NCBI GenBank assembly: GCA_043767805.1
Contig: JAYUGC010000113.1
Location: forward strand, 1-61,972
Direction: 5' to 3'
DNA length: 61,972 bases
DNA from: Pseudomonadota bacterium
GTDB taxonomy: Bacteria > Bdellovibrionota > FAC87 > UBA2466
The translations under genes were made by a program, and so were the position numbers. Positions within the stretch are counted from its first letter, which is position 1; each line of letters starts with the position of its first letter. The notes under the pieces were generated by a model, which saw only the letters and a program-made list of their open reading frames with translations, did not search any database and was not told where the DNA came from. Shown one piece after another: positions 44,470 through 54,421 of the stretch.

Positions 44470-45647
44470 CCAGGCATCTCGGCCAAAGCACGAGGAGGCA
44501 CTGAAGGGATCAAACGGATGATGCCCAAGCCCATATCGAGGCTAAACGCCACAGTCGCGATCCCAAGGAAAATCCCGATCCGAACCACGCTACCGATTTC
44601 GTTTAGCGGGCCCCAATTTACTTGCGACCAGCGAATAGCGACGTAGGCGATTTCGAAAAAGACACACCCGAAGAAAAATATCGAAACAAAGAGCGGCGTT
44701 CCCCGGTCGCTCTCTTTCAGAAGCCACTCGATTAAATCGCTGGGATTTCTTCCCGAAGCATGGAGGGAGGCTTTACTCATGAGGAGCGATACACAAACCA
44801 GGAGCGGGGGCACGGCCAGGGCGATGGCGGTAAAAGCGCGGTGGTACAAAATTGGCTCATTGGGAGCCCAGAGCGTGCTCAGGGATAATTTAAACGCATA
44901 GCCGAGCAGTGCGAAGCCGGTCAGCAGAGGCAAGGCGATCACCCGGCGTGAGGACGCGATGGCGACGATGAATCGCAGATTTCGCCAGCCATCACGAAGG
45001 GGGCGGAGGTGGGGAGGCCGCGGTCGTCCGTCCTTGTGCAAAGAGATGGGCACTTCGGCATAGCGCAAGCCCGCCTGAGCCGCTCGGATGAGCATCTCCG
45101 AGGCATATTCCATGCCGGGACAACAGAGTCCGAGCCGCTCGTAGGCACTTTTCCTAATGGCGCGCATCCCGCTGTTACAGTCCGAAGTGGGAAGCCCGAA
45201 GAGCGTCCGGATCAACCACGAAAGAACCGGGGTTCCGACGTAGCGGTTCAGCGGAGGCATCGCACCCGGATCAATCGTTCCTTTCAAGCGCGTTCCCAGA
45301 ACGAGGTCGGCGGTCCCATTACGGAGCGGCGCGATAAGTTTCGGAATCTCTTTCATTGGGTAAGATAGGTCGGCATCGCCAAAAACCACCCAGCTATACC
45401 GCGCCGCCATAATCCCCACGTGGAGTGTCGAGCCGTAACCTTTTTGCTTCACTGGGACGATCCGCGCCCCTGCTTTCTCTGCCTCTTCACGCGTACGGTC
45501 GGTACTACCGTTATCCGCTACGATGACTTCTCCGGGAATATTCAAAGCTTCGAGGGCATGAAAAGCCTGTTTGACGACCAAGCCCACCGTGGACTGCTCG
45601 TTAAGGGAGGGAATTACAATGCTCACACCGGTTTCAATGCTATGCAT
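44466..45647 (-). CDS. GT2 polyprenol-phosphate glycosyltransferase (DPM1/GtrB-like) with C-terminal TM helices
   Basis: Motifs VSIVIPSLNE, VADNGSTD, GDADLSY and SDCNSGMR; real start is probably ATG at 45647. Confidence 0.88.
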   Translation of the reverse strand: MHSIETGVSIVIPSLNEQSTVGLVVKQAFHALEALNIPGEVIVADNGSTDRTREEAEKAGARIVPVKQKGYGSTLHVGIMAARYSWVVFGDADLSYPMKEIPKLIAPLRNGTADLVLGTRLKGTIDPGAMPPLNRYVGTPVLSWLIRTLFGLPTSDCNSGMRAIRKSAYERLGLCCPGMEYASEMLIRAAQAGLRYAEVPISLHKDGRPRPPHLRPLRDGWRNLRFIVAIASSRRVIALPLLTGFALLGYAFKLSLSTLWAPNEPILYHRAFTAIALAVPPLLVCVSLLMSKASLHASGRNPSDLIEWLLKESDRGTPLFVSIFFFGCVFFEIAYVAIRWSQVNWGPLNEIGSVVRIGIFLGIATVAFSLDMGLGIIRLIPSVPPRALAEMPG

Positions 45648-45791
45648 GACAACTCTCTGAAAGAACCCTTCGAACGGGAGTGAAGTATTTCTTACCACAC
45701 TAACGCAAGAGACTCTCGGAACAAGAACCTCTATGCTAGAGCCTCTATAAAGACTCTGGCGGTTTAGGAATCCCTGTTGCGCATCGCGAAA

Positions 45792-47051
45792 ATGAGCTCT
45801 GCTAGTTCGACAAAATTGACCCACCCCTGGATTTGGTACTTCTCCGTCAGTCTTGTCCTCTATCTCTTCTATTCGTTCAATCCGTGGAACGCGCAAACCG
45901 ACTACGGAAACTCCTACGGAAAGTACGAAGATGGAATCGACTCCTTTTCTGAAGGATTTGTCTGGGGAAAAGTGATTGAAGATTTTCTTGGCCAGGAAAA
46001 TAACGGAAAGGGATTTCTCTTGGAATTCTCCCAGCCTCGGAAGCCCGGAGATTATGGGTATCGACCCGGAGCACCCCCTTACAAGTCGCAATTCGGGTTG
46101 CAAGGAAGGGTCTACTCTTTCCTCGCCCGGATTTTCGGAGCGGAGCCGCGCAATGAAAAGCACCCTATCTTCCGAATTTTCCGAGAACTCAACGCCTGGT
46201 TACTTAGCCTCACGCTTGCCCTTTTCATCCTCGCCATCGTGAAAGAGTTTGGCCCGGCTGTCGGCCTCCTTTTGACCCTGCTACTCGCCACTTCGGCCGG
46301 CCCGGTTCTCTTCGCAAAGAATCTTTATTGGGTGACCTTCCTCCATTTTTTACCCTTTTGCTTTTTCTGGTTCGTTTATCCCCGGCTCAAAGGAAATCTG
46401 ACGAGTGTCGGGCTTTGCTCGATGGCCCTGCTTTTCTTCAAGTCCTTGAACGGCTATGAGGATCTGACCTGCATCACGCTGAGCGCTTTTGTGCCGGTCC
46501 TTTACTACGAGCCAATGGAGGGTTCCCGAAGAAGAGACGCGGTGAAAGCCTGCTCGGTAATTTTCGCGGGGTCTGTGGCCGGTTTCGTGCTGGCGGCACT
46601 CGTGCACCTATCCTGTTTTGAGTCGTTTCGAGAAGGCGTCCATTTCCTATATCAGCGGGGAGCGTATCGGAGCTTCACCTACATTTCCCCCCTCAAATCC
46701 TTAAGATTCCTGCTTCAGCCCATCTGGGTCTTTCCGATCTTGGGTCAGAAAATTAAATTCGCCATGCTGGCGCCGGCTCTTTTCTGCTATTTCCTTTCAA
46801 AAATATTTCGGCGCCGGCCGTCCAAGTCAGATCTGATTCTGCTTTGTTCGGTTGTCAGCACCGCGAGCTGGTTCGTCTTCGGCTACCAACATATCCTGTG
46901 GCACACCTGGATCTTCTACTTGACGATAAATCTTTGCCTTTTGCCCATGGTGAACCTGTATCTCTCTCTTGCGCTAGTCAGGGGGTTGAGCTGGCAGTGG
47001 TCCAAGACCAAACTCCTTCTCTCAAAGACTGGGGAAACGGTTGCTGAATGA
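45792..47051 (+). CDS. Polytopic membrane protein, GT-C/Gtr-like
   Basis: About 10 TM helices with a large first loop (YKSQFGLQG) and KNLYW and GYE motifs; divergent from the GT2 gene. Confidence 0.6.
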   Translation: MSSASSTKLTHPWIWYFSVSLVLYLFYSFNPWNAQTDYGNSYGKYEDGIDSFSEGFVWGKVIEDFLGQENNGKGFLLEFSQPRKPGDYGYRPGAPPYKSQFGLQGRVYSFLARIFGAEPRNEKHPIFRIFRELNAWLLSLTLALFILAIVKEFGPAVGLLLTLLLATSAGPVLFAKNLYWVTFLHFLPFCFFWFVYPRLKGNLTSVGLCSMALLFFKSLNGYEDLTCITLSAFVPVLYYEPMEGSRRRDAVKACSVIFAGSVAGFVLAALVHLSCFESFREGVHFLYQRGAYRSFTYISPLKSLRFLLQPIWVFPILGQKIKFAMLAPALFCYFLSKIFRRRPSKSDLILLCSVVSTASWFVFGYQHILWHTWIFYLTINLCLLPMVNLYLSLALVRGLSWQWSKTKLLLSKTGETVAE

Positions 47052-47301
47052 AGGCAATCCTTAGACCTGGGGTGCTTTTTCCCTTTTGGCCCTGGCTTGC
47101 GCTGGTGGGAAGCCCACTATCGAGGCCGACCATCTTGCTCTAGCCGGATACTCGTTCAGCGAGCCCCACGAGCCGGAGTGACCACCTAAAATTTCTGACA
47201 GGAATTACCGACGAGCTCGCAGCGAAAGGATTTTAGTTCCCTTCTGCTGCCGTGACTTACCTCGTAGGGCCAATGGTGCCCACTTATGATAAAACGGAAT
47301 C

Positions 47302-48945
47302 ATGTACAGGAAGGCGTCGTCGTCAGCCTCCGCAATTACGCTTCTCTTACTCATTCTCTGCCTTCCTTTATTCACGACGTGCACTGGATTTCGTACCGTC
47401 GATTTAGCGGAGCCGCTTCAGCAGGCTCTGCAGGGAAATCTAAAATCCGCGTCGTTCTCGAAGCTTCATAATCTCGAGTCGGTGCGAGCTTTTTACAAAA
47501 GTCGTAACTATGAGCCCGGCTGGTTATCCGGGAAGCATCCTTCGGACGAAGGCTTCGAGCTCGTGCAAGCTGTCGAGGCCGCCGCTTGGCACGGGCTTCG
47601 TCCCAACTGGTATCACTACGACCGCTTGCGCGAGTTGGCGCGCGAAGGAAAAAGTCGGCCTCTTGGAACAGACGCTCTCGTCGAGTGGGACATTTTGGCT
47701 TCGGACTCCTTTGTGTCTTTCGCGGCCGATCTCGCCCGTGGACGTATCAATCCACACACTCTCGATGATAACTGGGGCCTGGAACGGGCCAAGTTCAATG
47801 CGAACGAAGTTTTAAAAGAAGCGGTGGAAGGAAGCGGAGCCGACGAAGCCCTCCAAAAGATATCTCCGGGCAAAGATTATGAGGCGCTTCGAAAGGCGCT
47901 CTACTCTCTCGTTCGGCAACAGAACGCGGGAGGCTGGACGCAAATCTCGCCCGGAAGGAAGCTTCAACCAGACGAGTCAGGTCCCAGAGTCACGCAGCTC
48001 AAACAACGGCTCGGTTACCCTATCTTCGACGATAAATACGACGGGGGTCTCGAAGAGCGGGTGAAGGCTTTTCAGGCGTCCGTGGGATTAAACCCCGATG
48101 GCGTGGTCGGCCAAACCACCCTGGACGCTCTCAATGTCCCCGTCGGAGGCCGCATCCATCAGATCGAAGTGAACCTGGAGCGCCTCCGGTGGTTGCCTCG
48201 CGATACGAAGGATTCTTTCGTCTTCGTCGACATCGCCAATTTTCGCCTCAGCGTCCTTAAAGAAGGAAACCCCGAACTCGAGATGAAAGTCATTGTCGGC
48301 GAGAAGGATTGGGAAACGCCGGTCTTTAGCGAAAGCATCTCTTACCTCGTCGTCAACCCTGATTGGAGAGTCCCCACCAGCATTGCCACCCAGGAGCTAT
48401 TGCCGCAGATTCAGAAACATCCGGAAGTGCTCGCTAAGAAGCACATCGACGTATTTCCAGCGAGCTCTCCGAAGGGCCCTCCCCTAGATCCCGGAAAAAT
48501 ACCCTGGAAGAGCTTATCGACGGAAAAATTTCCCTATTTGCTCGTGCAACGGCCGGGCCGAGACAATCCTCTCGGCTCGCTTAAGTTCATGTTTCCCAAT
48601 CAGTACGGTGTCTACCTCCATGGTACGACCGGCCCAGGTCTCTTTCAGCGGGACGTTCGTAGCTTCAGTCACGGTTGTATTCGCGTTGAAAAACCCTGGG
48701 ACCTGGCTGAATTTCTGCTGAAGGATAATGACAAGAGCTGGGATCGCGCGGCATTAGCGCAGGTCGCAGCGCGCGGAAAGACGGTGGAGATTCCCCTGAA
48801 ACATCCTTTCCCGGTGCACTTTTCTTATCGTACGGCGTGGGTAGAAGACGGTGAAATCATCCAATTCCGTAAAGACATTTACGGCTGGGATCGTTTGGTC
48901 GCCAAGGCTCTCCAACGAGGCGAGGTCCCCGTACTAGCGGACTGA
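47302..48945 (+). CDS. L,D-transpeptidase, YcbB/LdtD-like (scaffold + peptidoglycan-binding + YkuD)
   Basis: VKAFQ..GL..DGVVG peptidoglycan-binding motif; NLERLRWLP, VNPDWRVP and VYLHGT...SHGCIRV. Confidence 0.92.
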   Translation: MYRKASSSASAITLLLLILCLPLFTTCTGFRTVDLAEPLQQALQGNLKSASFSKLHNLESVRAFYKSRNYEPGWLSGKHPSDEGFELVQAVEAAAWHGLRPNWYHYDRLRELAREGKSRPLGTDALVEWDILASDSFVSFAADLARGRINPHTLDDNWGLERAKFNANEVLKEAVEGSGADEALQKISPGKDYEALRKALYSLVRQQNAGGWTQISPGRKLQPDESGPRVTQLKQRLGYPIFDDKYDGGLEERVKAFQASVGLNPDGVVGQTTLDALNVPVGGRIHQIEVNLERLRWLPRDTKDSFVFVDIANFRLSVLKEGNPELEMKVIVGEKDWETPVFSESISYLVVNPDWRVPTSIATQELLPQIQKHPEVLAKKHIDVFPASSPKGPPLDPGKIPWKSLSTEKFPYLLVQRPGRDNPLGSLKFMFPNQYGVYLHGTTGPGLFQRDVRSFSHGCIRVEKPWDLAEFLLKDNDKSWDRAALAQVAARGKTVEIPLKHPFPVHFSYRTAWVEDGEIIQFRKDIYGWDRLVAKALQRGEVPVLAD

Positions 48946-49046
48946 GCCGAAATAATTTTCTTTTTTTTCATCAGCCGCGCTTGCCACCTACTGAGTCAAA
49001 CGGGCTGAATAGACCGGACCCCTAAACCCCCCAAAAAAGGAAACCC

Positions 49047-50003
49047 ATGCACCTTCTCTCGAGGTTGACTACCCTTTTCCTGATGAGTCTGTCTGTCTTG
49101 TGCCAGGCCACGGCGCCCGGCTCGATGTCGGGTTTCAACACGACTTTACAGGGAGAGCCTTCTTCCTTTTCCGTGCGCTCGGCTTTTGTCCTGCCGGGAG
49201 AAACGGTACGCATCAGTGCCGAAGTGCCGTTTAGTTTCGATGGAGGAAAAAGAGGAACGGACGCGCTTTGGCGCGCTCCCGAGCAACCAGGTTTACAATC
49301 TCTCCCTCTGACGAGTGACGACGGGAAAAAAGTTCTGGTGAACGTTTTCATTTTGACCCCTTATCAGAATCTCCGTGGGGGAAAACTTTCCGGATACCGC
49401 ATTGGCAGTTACGCGCAAGGGTCAGGCCCTTATCGGCAACCGGGGGGCTTCGTGGAAGTGAACGCGCGGACGGCCTCCGTGTGGGTGAGTCCTCACTTTC
49501 AGCTTCAGCAATTTCTTTGCAAGCAGCCCGGCGGCTTTCCGAAATTCGTGATCTTGAATGAGCGCCTGCTCATCAAGCTCGAGCGGATTCTGCAACAGCT
49601 TCACGCCCACTCGATCAAGGCCGACACCCTCTTCATTATGAGTGGTTACCGCACGCCAGCCTATAATCACTCTCTCAGAAACGTCGGGCGCAGCCGACAC
49701 CTTTACGGCGATGCCGCTGATATTTTCGTCGACAGCAATCCTCGCGACGGCCGCATGGATGACTTAAACGGAGACGGACGTTCCGATGTGAAGGATTCCG
49801 AAGTGCTTCGTGACGTGGTGCAAAGCCTCGAAGCAGAACCAGCGGGAAACTTTCCCGTAGGTGGGCTCGGTCTATACACCAGCACTCACTCGCATGGCCC
49901 CTTCGTTCACGTGGACGCGCGGGGACACGCCGCCAAATGGGCGGGAGTGGGAGTGGTGCTGAAGGGTAAGCCGAAGAAACGGGCGGCGCCTACCGAGGGC
50001 TAA
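49047..50003 (+). CDS. Peptidase M15A (YcbK/MepK-like) with N-terminal extension
   Basis: Motifs SGYRTPAYN, SRHLYGDAAD and FVHVDARG; signal peptide. Confidence 0.88.
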   Translation: MHLLSRLTTLFLMSLSVLCQATAPGSMSGFNTTLQGEPSSFSVRSAFVLPGETVRISAEVPFSFDGGKRGTDALWRAPEQPGLQSLPLTSDDGKKVLVNVFILTPYQNLRGGKLSGYRIGSYAQGSGPYRQPGGFVEVNARTASVWVSPHFQLQQFLCKQPGGFPKFVILNERLLIKLERILQQLHAHSIKADTLFIMSGYRTPAYNHSLRNVGRSRHLYGDAADIFVDSNPRDGRMDDLNGDGRSDVKDSEVLRDVVQSLEAEPAGNFPVGGLGLYTSTHSHGPFVHVDARGHAAKWAGVGVVLKGKPKKRAAPTEG

Positions 50004-50172
50004 TCGTCCGTCGATAGTCCCCGGGCAGGGGAATCAGCGGGGAGATCGGGGAAACCTTCGGCGGGAGCGTCTATCCAGTCGGGAAATTCCCACACCAGGA
50101 TGTCGCCGGGACGAGTGTTCCCAAAATGTTCCCATTTTTCTTGCCCGTTAACGGGGCCACTTTTTTTGGACC

Positions 50173-50760
50173 CTACTTGAGGGGGACATGGGCGCCGAGG
50201 CCGTCGGATTTCCATTGGTCTTTGTAAAAGGTGGCGAGTGCCTTGTAGCGTGATGGTCCCAGGACACTTTGAATTTTGTCCTCGTAGGCGGAGCGGTTGG
50301 CGCGCAGTTCGGTGGTTATGGCGGTTTCTTCGTCGGCTCCCTTAGCCGGGCGGGCCATGAGAGCGGCTTCCTGGGCAGCGGTGGCTTTGCGAAGGGTCTC
50401 GAGGGCGGTTTGTTCGCTTTCGCTCAGTTTTAGATCGGCGTCTAAAAATTTTCCGCGTTGTCGTTCCCAGTCGTCCTCGTCTTTTCGAGCTTCATTCAAA
50501 AGATGTTTTTGCTGAGCGGTCGGTTCCCATGCCGACTCTGCGCTCGTTGGTTTAGGGGTAACGGGGGTGGCCCCCTTGGTGGGTGGCACTACGTTGGCCT
50601 TTTGGGGTGAGACGGGAATCGTTACTAGGCTCGCCGCGGGAGTTGGCGAACTCGGGGGTGGCACCTGGGACGTTAGGTCGGTAGGGGCCGCGGGATTGAA
50701 TAAGCGGTACGCTATGAACACCGCTGTCACCAGGACGAGAACAGGCAACATTCGCTTCAT
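50173..50760 (-). CDS. Membrane-anchored hypothetical protein
   Basis: N-terminal TM, Pro/Thr linker, helical C-terminal domain. Confidence 0.7.
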   Translation of the reverse strand: MKRMLPVLVLVTAVFIAYRLFNPAAPTDLTSQVPPPSSPTPAASLVTIPVSPQKANVVPPTKGATPVTPKPTSAESAWEPTAQQKHLLNEARKDEDDWERQRGKFLDADLKLSESEQTALETLRKATAAQEAALMARPAKGADEETAITTELRANRSAYEDKIQSVLGPSRYKALATFYKDQWKSDGLGAHVPLK

Positions 50761-50777
50761 GGATCCGATTTCCTAAT

Positions 50778-50825
50778 AAAAAGGCCCCGCCTCTTCGCCA
50801 CCTCTACGTGGCGTGAGACGGGGCC
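50778..50825 (-). terminator. Rho-independent terminator
   Basis: GGCCCCG...CGGGGCC long stem preceded by an A-run on the plus strand. Confidence 0.65.
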
Positions 50826-50839
50826 GTTGAAGGGCTAGA

Positions 50840-51436
50840 TTAGTTGCAGCTCCGCAGTACGCAACGTCCGTGATAACGCTGACATTCGTTCAGAGCCGTG
50901 ACCTGAGCTTCGTATACGCTGCGGCCAAAGCCTTGGTGGCCAGCACCGTGCTCTTCCCAACCGCGATCGCTCGCGATGCATCGGAAGCCGGAAGGACCGG
51001 GGCCAGGGCCGGGGCCGGCGCCCGACACCGAGATGGCGTTGAGGACACGGTAGGTTCGCTGCCACTGATTGTACACCTGGGGGAAATCCCACTGGGTATC
51101 GCTCAGGTAACGAGACGTCTGGGCAAACGTGGACCGAGCGTATTGGAGCTGGTATGAGCAGCGCGAAGGACAGCCCACATCACCAGTATGGTCATGGATG
51201 ATAGAGCGGGAACCGAAGCTCACGCATTGTTCAAGCCGACCAACGGAAGCGGCGAAATCCATGACGGTCCGCTTCACGTTGTAGTTCAGGTAAGAATTGT
51301 TAACGACCTGTTCAAGAAGCTCTGCCTCGTAGTGCAGAAGTCCAACAGAACCCTCGGGATCGTTGTGATCGGCCCGGGCTACGCCGCCCATCAAGGCAAA
51401 GGCGCAAAGAACGCTAAGAACAGCAAATTTACTCAT
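50840..51436 (-). CDS. Secreted Cys-containing hypothetical protein
   Basis: AGGAGAG RBS; signal peptide; GPGPGP linker; C-terminal C..C..C..C domain. Confidence 0.8.
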   Translation of the reverse strand: MSKFAVLSVLCAFALMGGVARADHNDPEGSVGLLHYEAELLEQVVNNSYLNYNVKRTVMDFAASVGRLEQCVSFGSRSIIHDHTGDVGCPSRCSYQLQYARSTFAQTSRYLSDTQWDFPQVYNQWQRTYRVLNAISVSGAGPGPGPGPSGFRCIASDRGWEEHGAGHQGFGRSVYEAQVTALNECQRYHGRCVLRSCN

Positions 51437-51488
51437 TAGATCTCTCCTAAAAAAAAAGCCTAGCTGGCTTTGATTGAATTTATCCTAT

Positions 51489-51504
51489 AGCAGGATCGGT
51501 GCCA
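51489..51504 (-). promoter_or_regulatory. sigma54 -24/-12 promoter
   Basis: TGGCACCGATCCTGCT on the minus strand, about 50 nt upstream of 51436. Confidence 0.7.
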
Positions 51505-51625
51505 GATATTTTGAGCCAAATTGTGCCTGTTTTACGCGTTCTATGCGGGCCGGTGCGTTTTGGCGCCGGTTCCAGCTCGTACCGTGTGGTGTCAAAAAAG
51601 CACCGTACGATATTCCTTACCTGAT

Positions 51626-52618
51626 CTAGCGGTTGGGGAGGGGGCGGTGGACCCATTCTGCGACTGTCTCGGCGATCTGTAAAACTCCCGAGGAATCCCT
51701 AATCCCGGCCCGGAGGGATTCGGCCACTTCCTCGGGTTTGGAGTGGGGGCGAAGAGCAAAGAGCAGGGCGGCTACCGCCGCTACTTTAGGTACGGCGACG
51801 GAGGTGGATTTCAACGGCACAATGTGGGGAGTCCCGTCTTTGGCAAGGCGCCACTGCTGGCATTCGGAAGCTACGCGAACGTCCACCACCCTCCCTCGGT
51901 TCGATCGGGAATAATCGAGAGCTCCCACCTTAATGAGGTTTGGAGCCTCAAGGCAGATGGGAACGTAAGCGCAATCCGCCCCTGGAGCGAGTTCTCGGTC
52001 GTCATTGCCGGCGGCCGCAACCACGAGCAGTTGAGAACGATACTTGGAAAGCAGGCGTTCCATCTCCCGCTTTGGCCACCTACTTTCCAAGTGAGAGAGG
52101 CTAAACACTACCACCCGTACCTCGGCGGCCGCCGCCAGATCAAAGGCGCGTCGTATCCTTAGAAAGGGAATTTTTCCGGAGGTAAATTCTTCCCGCGTTC
52201 CCAGGCGCACTGGAAGTAGTGGGGCTTCGGGGATTAACCCCACTAGGCCAAATCCATTATCCTTAGCGCCGAGTTCTAGAAATAATCCCGTTCCGTGAAA
52301 GAGGTCGTCCCAAAGACCAACACCTGGCGCTTCAGGGGCGAGCGAGGCCCTTTGGGTCCATTCCCACGGCACCGAGTAACCCTCTTTTTCAGCGAGTCCC
52401 TGATCCAGCCCACTGTCGAGGATCGCTACCTTCGGAAAGGGAAGTGCAACCGGTAGCGACCGTCGAACCGCTTGAAACTCAATACGGAAGGGCGATGGAC
52501 GAGAGGCGCGCTCATCAATGGATAGCGCCAACGAGCCGCGTACGTAAAAGTGCCACGCGCCCCCGGCCCCCACTATAACGACGGTGAGGAAAATTCCAAA
52601 TATCTGTTTTTTTCTCAT
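51626..52618 (-). CDS. S8 (subtilisin-like) serine protease, N-terminally anchored
   Basis: Motifs AILDSG, FHGT, AAAGND and STSVAVPKVAAVAALL. Confidence 0.85.
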   Translation of the reverse strand: MRKKQIFGIFLTVVIVGAGGAWHFYVRGSLALSIDERASRPSPFRIEFQAVRRSLPVALPFPKVAILDSGLDQGLAEKEGYSVPWEWTQRASLAPEAPGVGLWDDLFHGTGLFLELGAKDNGFGLVGLIPEAPLLPVRLGTREEFTSGKIPFLRIRRAFDLAAAAEVRVVVFSLSHLESRWPKREMERLLSKYRSQLLVVAAAGNDDRELAPGADCAYVPICLEAPNLIKVGALDYSRSNRGRVVDVRVASECQQWRLAKDGTPHIVPLKSTSVAVPKVAAVAALLFALRPHSKPEEVAESLRAGIRDSSGVLQIAETVAEWVHRPLPNR

Positions 52619-52666
52619 CCAGATTTCAATCCCGTCAGAACTCCGAGGCCGCCCACCATTCTTTTT

Positions 52667-54040
52667 CTACGGGACCACCCTGAGTATTTCCCCTTCCCCG
52701 ATCCGCGGCAAAACCGCTGTGTGGAGGAAGACCGTATCGAACTTGAATGCGAAGGCCCCGAGGCTAGCTAGGGCAAATTCGGAGATGATGACTCCCTTGA
52801 ACTCCCCTTGATAACGACTCTGATAATTGGGCGCATTCACCAGAAGCCTCTCGAACGTCACTACCCGGCCCTCAGGCTGCGAGGCGGCATCCACAAGCCC
52901 CGGCACGAGGAGAGAATCGTTGACGATCGAATCAAGCTTTTCCTGAGTGGAAGCGCTTTGGTCCCGGGTAACGAACCCCGGCTGGGTCCAAAACTGCTGA
53001 AAACGAAACTTGAGGGAATGATCGCTGATTATGCTCCCGCCGCTGTGAATAGGTCCCCATCCGACCCCCATGAGAACGGCCTTCGCGCTCGTGATTTGAA
53101 GGTTGCGATAAGGACTGCTCCCCTCGTAGCTAATCGCTCCTTGGATGAAAACGGATTGGGTCACGTAGAGCCGGCAACCTCCGTTGTCCGTTCGGACTCT
53201 CACATGATCGAGGAAAAGGATGGAATTTACCACCACATCTCCTTTGCACTCGAAAATCTGGTCGCTCCGGTTTCTGACGTAGGCGCCGGAAGAAGCTAGT
53301 TCCAGCCCGTCCATCGTCGTTCCCACAGAGGGAAGGTATTTCCACTTGGGGTGCTCGATGGGGAAAGTGCCCGCGATTTGCAATACCCGCGCTTTGGTCG
53401 GCGCGCCGATATACACGCTCGTTTGCTCCAAGACCGCGGGCGCAGGCGTCGTTGCATCGGGAGGCTGCACGGCACCGCGAAGGTATTGCGCGAGACTGAA
53501 TACGGAAGCGAATCCCGCCAGCTGAAGGGGAGCCCGAGGGACTACGATATTGCCCCAGATTTTTGTCGTGTTCCAATTGGGAGCGTGATCGCCGTAGATG
53601 GAACCAGAGAGCTCGGTTAGCCCCGTCCCTCTTCCGAAATAGTAGCTGCTACCAAAACCGAAATCGGTGATGACGTTCGCTTCGACCCGGCCGTGGCAGA
53701 AAATACATCCTGAGCCGCGAACCGCCAGTGCGGGGCGAATGCGGGAAATGACCCCGCCGTCTCTATCTCCTATCGTCTTACTCCCGGAAATCGTTCCGCC
53801 GTCCTCGGTGAGGCCTTCATCTCTGTCGTCCTCATCCCCATGAGAGTCGGAGCCCATTCCGGAGCCCGGTGTGCCGTCACCTGAATTTAGGTTTTTTGAA
53901 GTGTCGGGCGACGAGGCGCCGCACGCCCCCAAAAAAAGGACCGCGCCAATACAGATGAGCCTTTGAAATGAATCGCCCATAGTCAGACCCCCCCTGGTCT
54001 TAAGAACCCCGGCCTCGCCATTCTTGGCATTGGGCTTCAT
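52667..54040 (-). CDS. Lipoprotein with a single CxxCH motif (alternative start 53980)
   Basis: Lipobox LGAC; acidic linker; GCIFCHG; beta-rich C-terminal part. Confidence 0.75.
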   Translation of the reverse strand: MKPNAKNGEAGVLKTRGGLTMGDSFQRLICIGAVLFLGACGASSPDTSKNLNSGDGTPGSGMGSDSHGDEDDRDEGLTEDGGTISGSKTIGDRDGGVISRIRPALAVRGSGCIFCHGRVEANVITDFGFGSSYYFGRGTGLTELSGSIYGDHAPNWNTTKIWGNIVVPRAPLQLAGFASVFSLAQYLRGAVQPPDATTPAPAVLEQTSVYIGAPTKARVLQIAGTFPIEHPKWKYLPSVGTTMDGLELASSGAYVRNRSDQIFECKGDVVVNSILFLDHVRVRTDNGGCRLYVTQSVFIQGAISYEGSSPYRNLQITSAKAVLMGVGWGPIHSGGSIISDHSLKFRFQQFWTQPGFVTRDQSASTQEKLDSIVNDSLLVPGLVDAASQPEGRVVTFERLLVNAPNYQSRYQGEFKGVIISEFALASLGAFAFKFDTVFLHTAVLPRIGEGEILRVVP

Positions 54041-54421
54041 AACCCCTCATCCTTTAGGCTAGCCTCCAAACGTGTCGGGGGTTTGAAGCAATAACGACGT
54101 TTGGGTCTTCAAGCACTGTAACTAAAAGACGCTTATTTTGTTCCATCCGAGCCCATTTCGACCTTCGAGTCAATTTAGTCGGGGTAGCTGACGAAGCTTA
54201 CGCCAACCCAGTCCGCGCGGTCCTGCTAGGGCTTCCTGATTTCGTGTCTTATATTAAGAGGAGTACAAGGGTCCGTTTTGATAGGTTTAATTCCCTACAC
54301 AATTGCCAAGCCGTTCCCCTTCATATTTTCGCCACTGATCTAGTGGATAATGAAAGCATTCCGACATTTGTCCGGCTACTTAAGGGCTTCGATTCTCCTC
54401 AAGCCAAAGGTGTATGCCAAT

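Noticed and set aside
45648..46163. N-terminal extension of the GT2 ORF given in the ORF track
   Set aside because: It overlaps the divergent membrane-protein gene, and GT2 homology begins only after ATG 45647.
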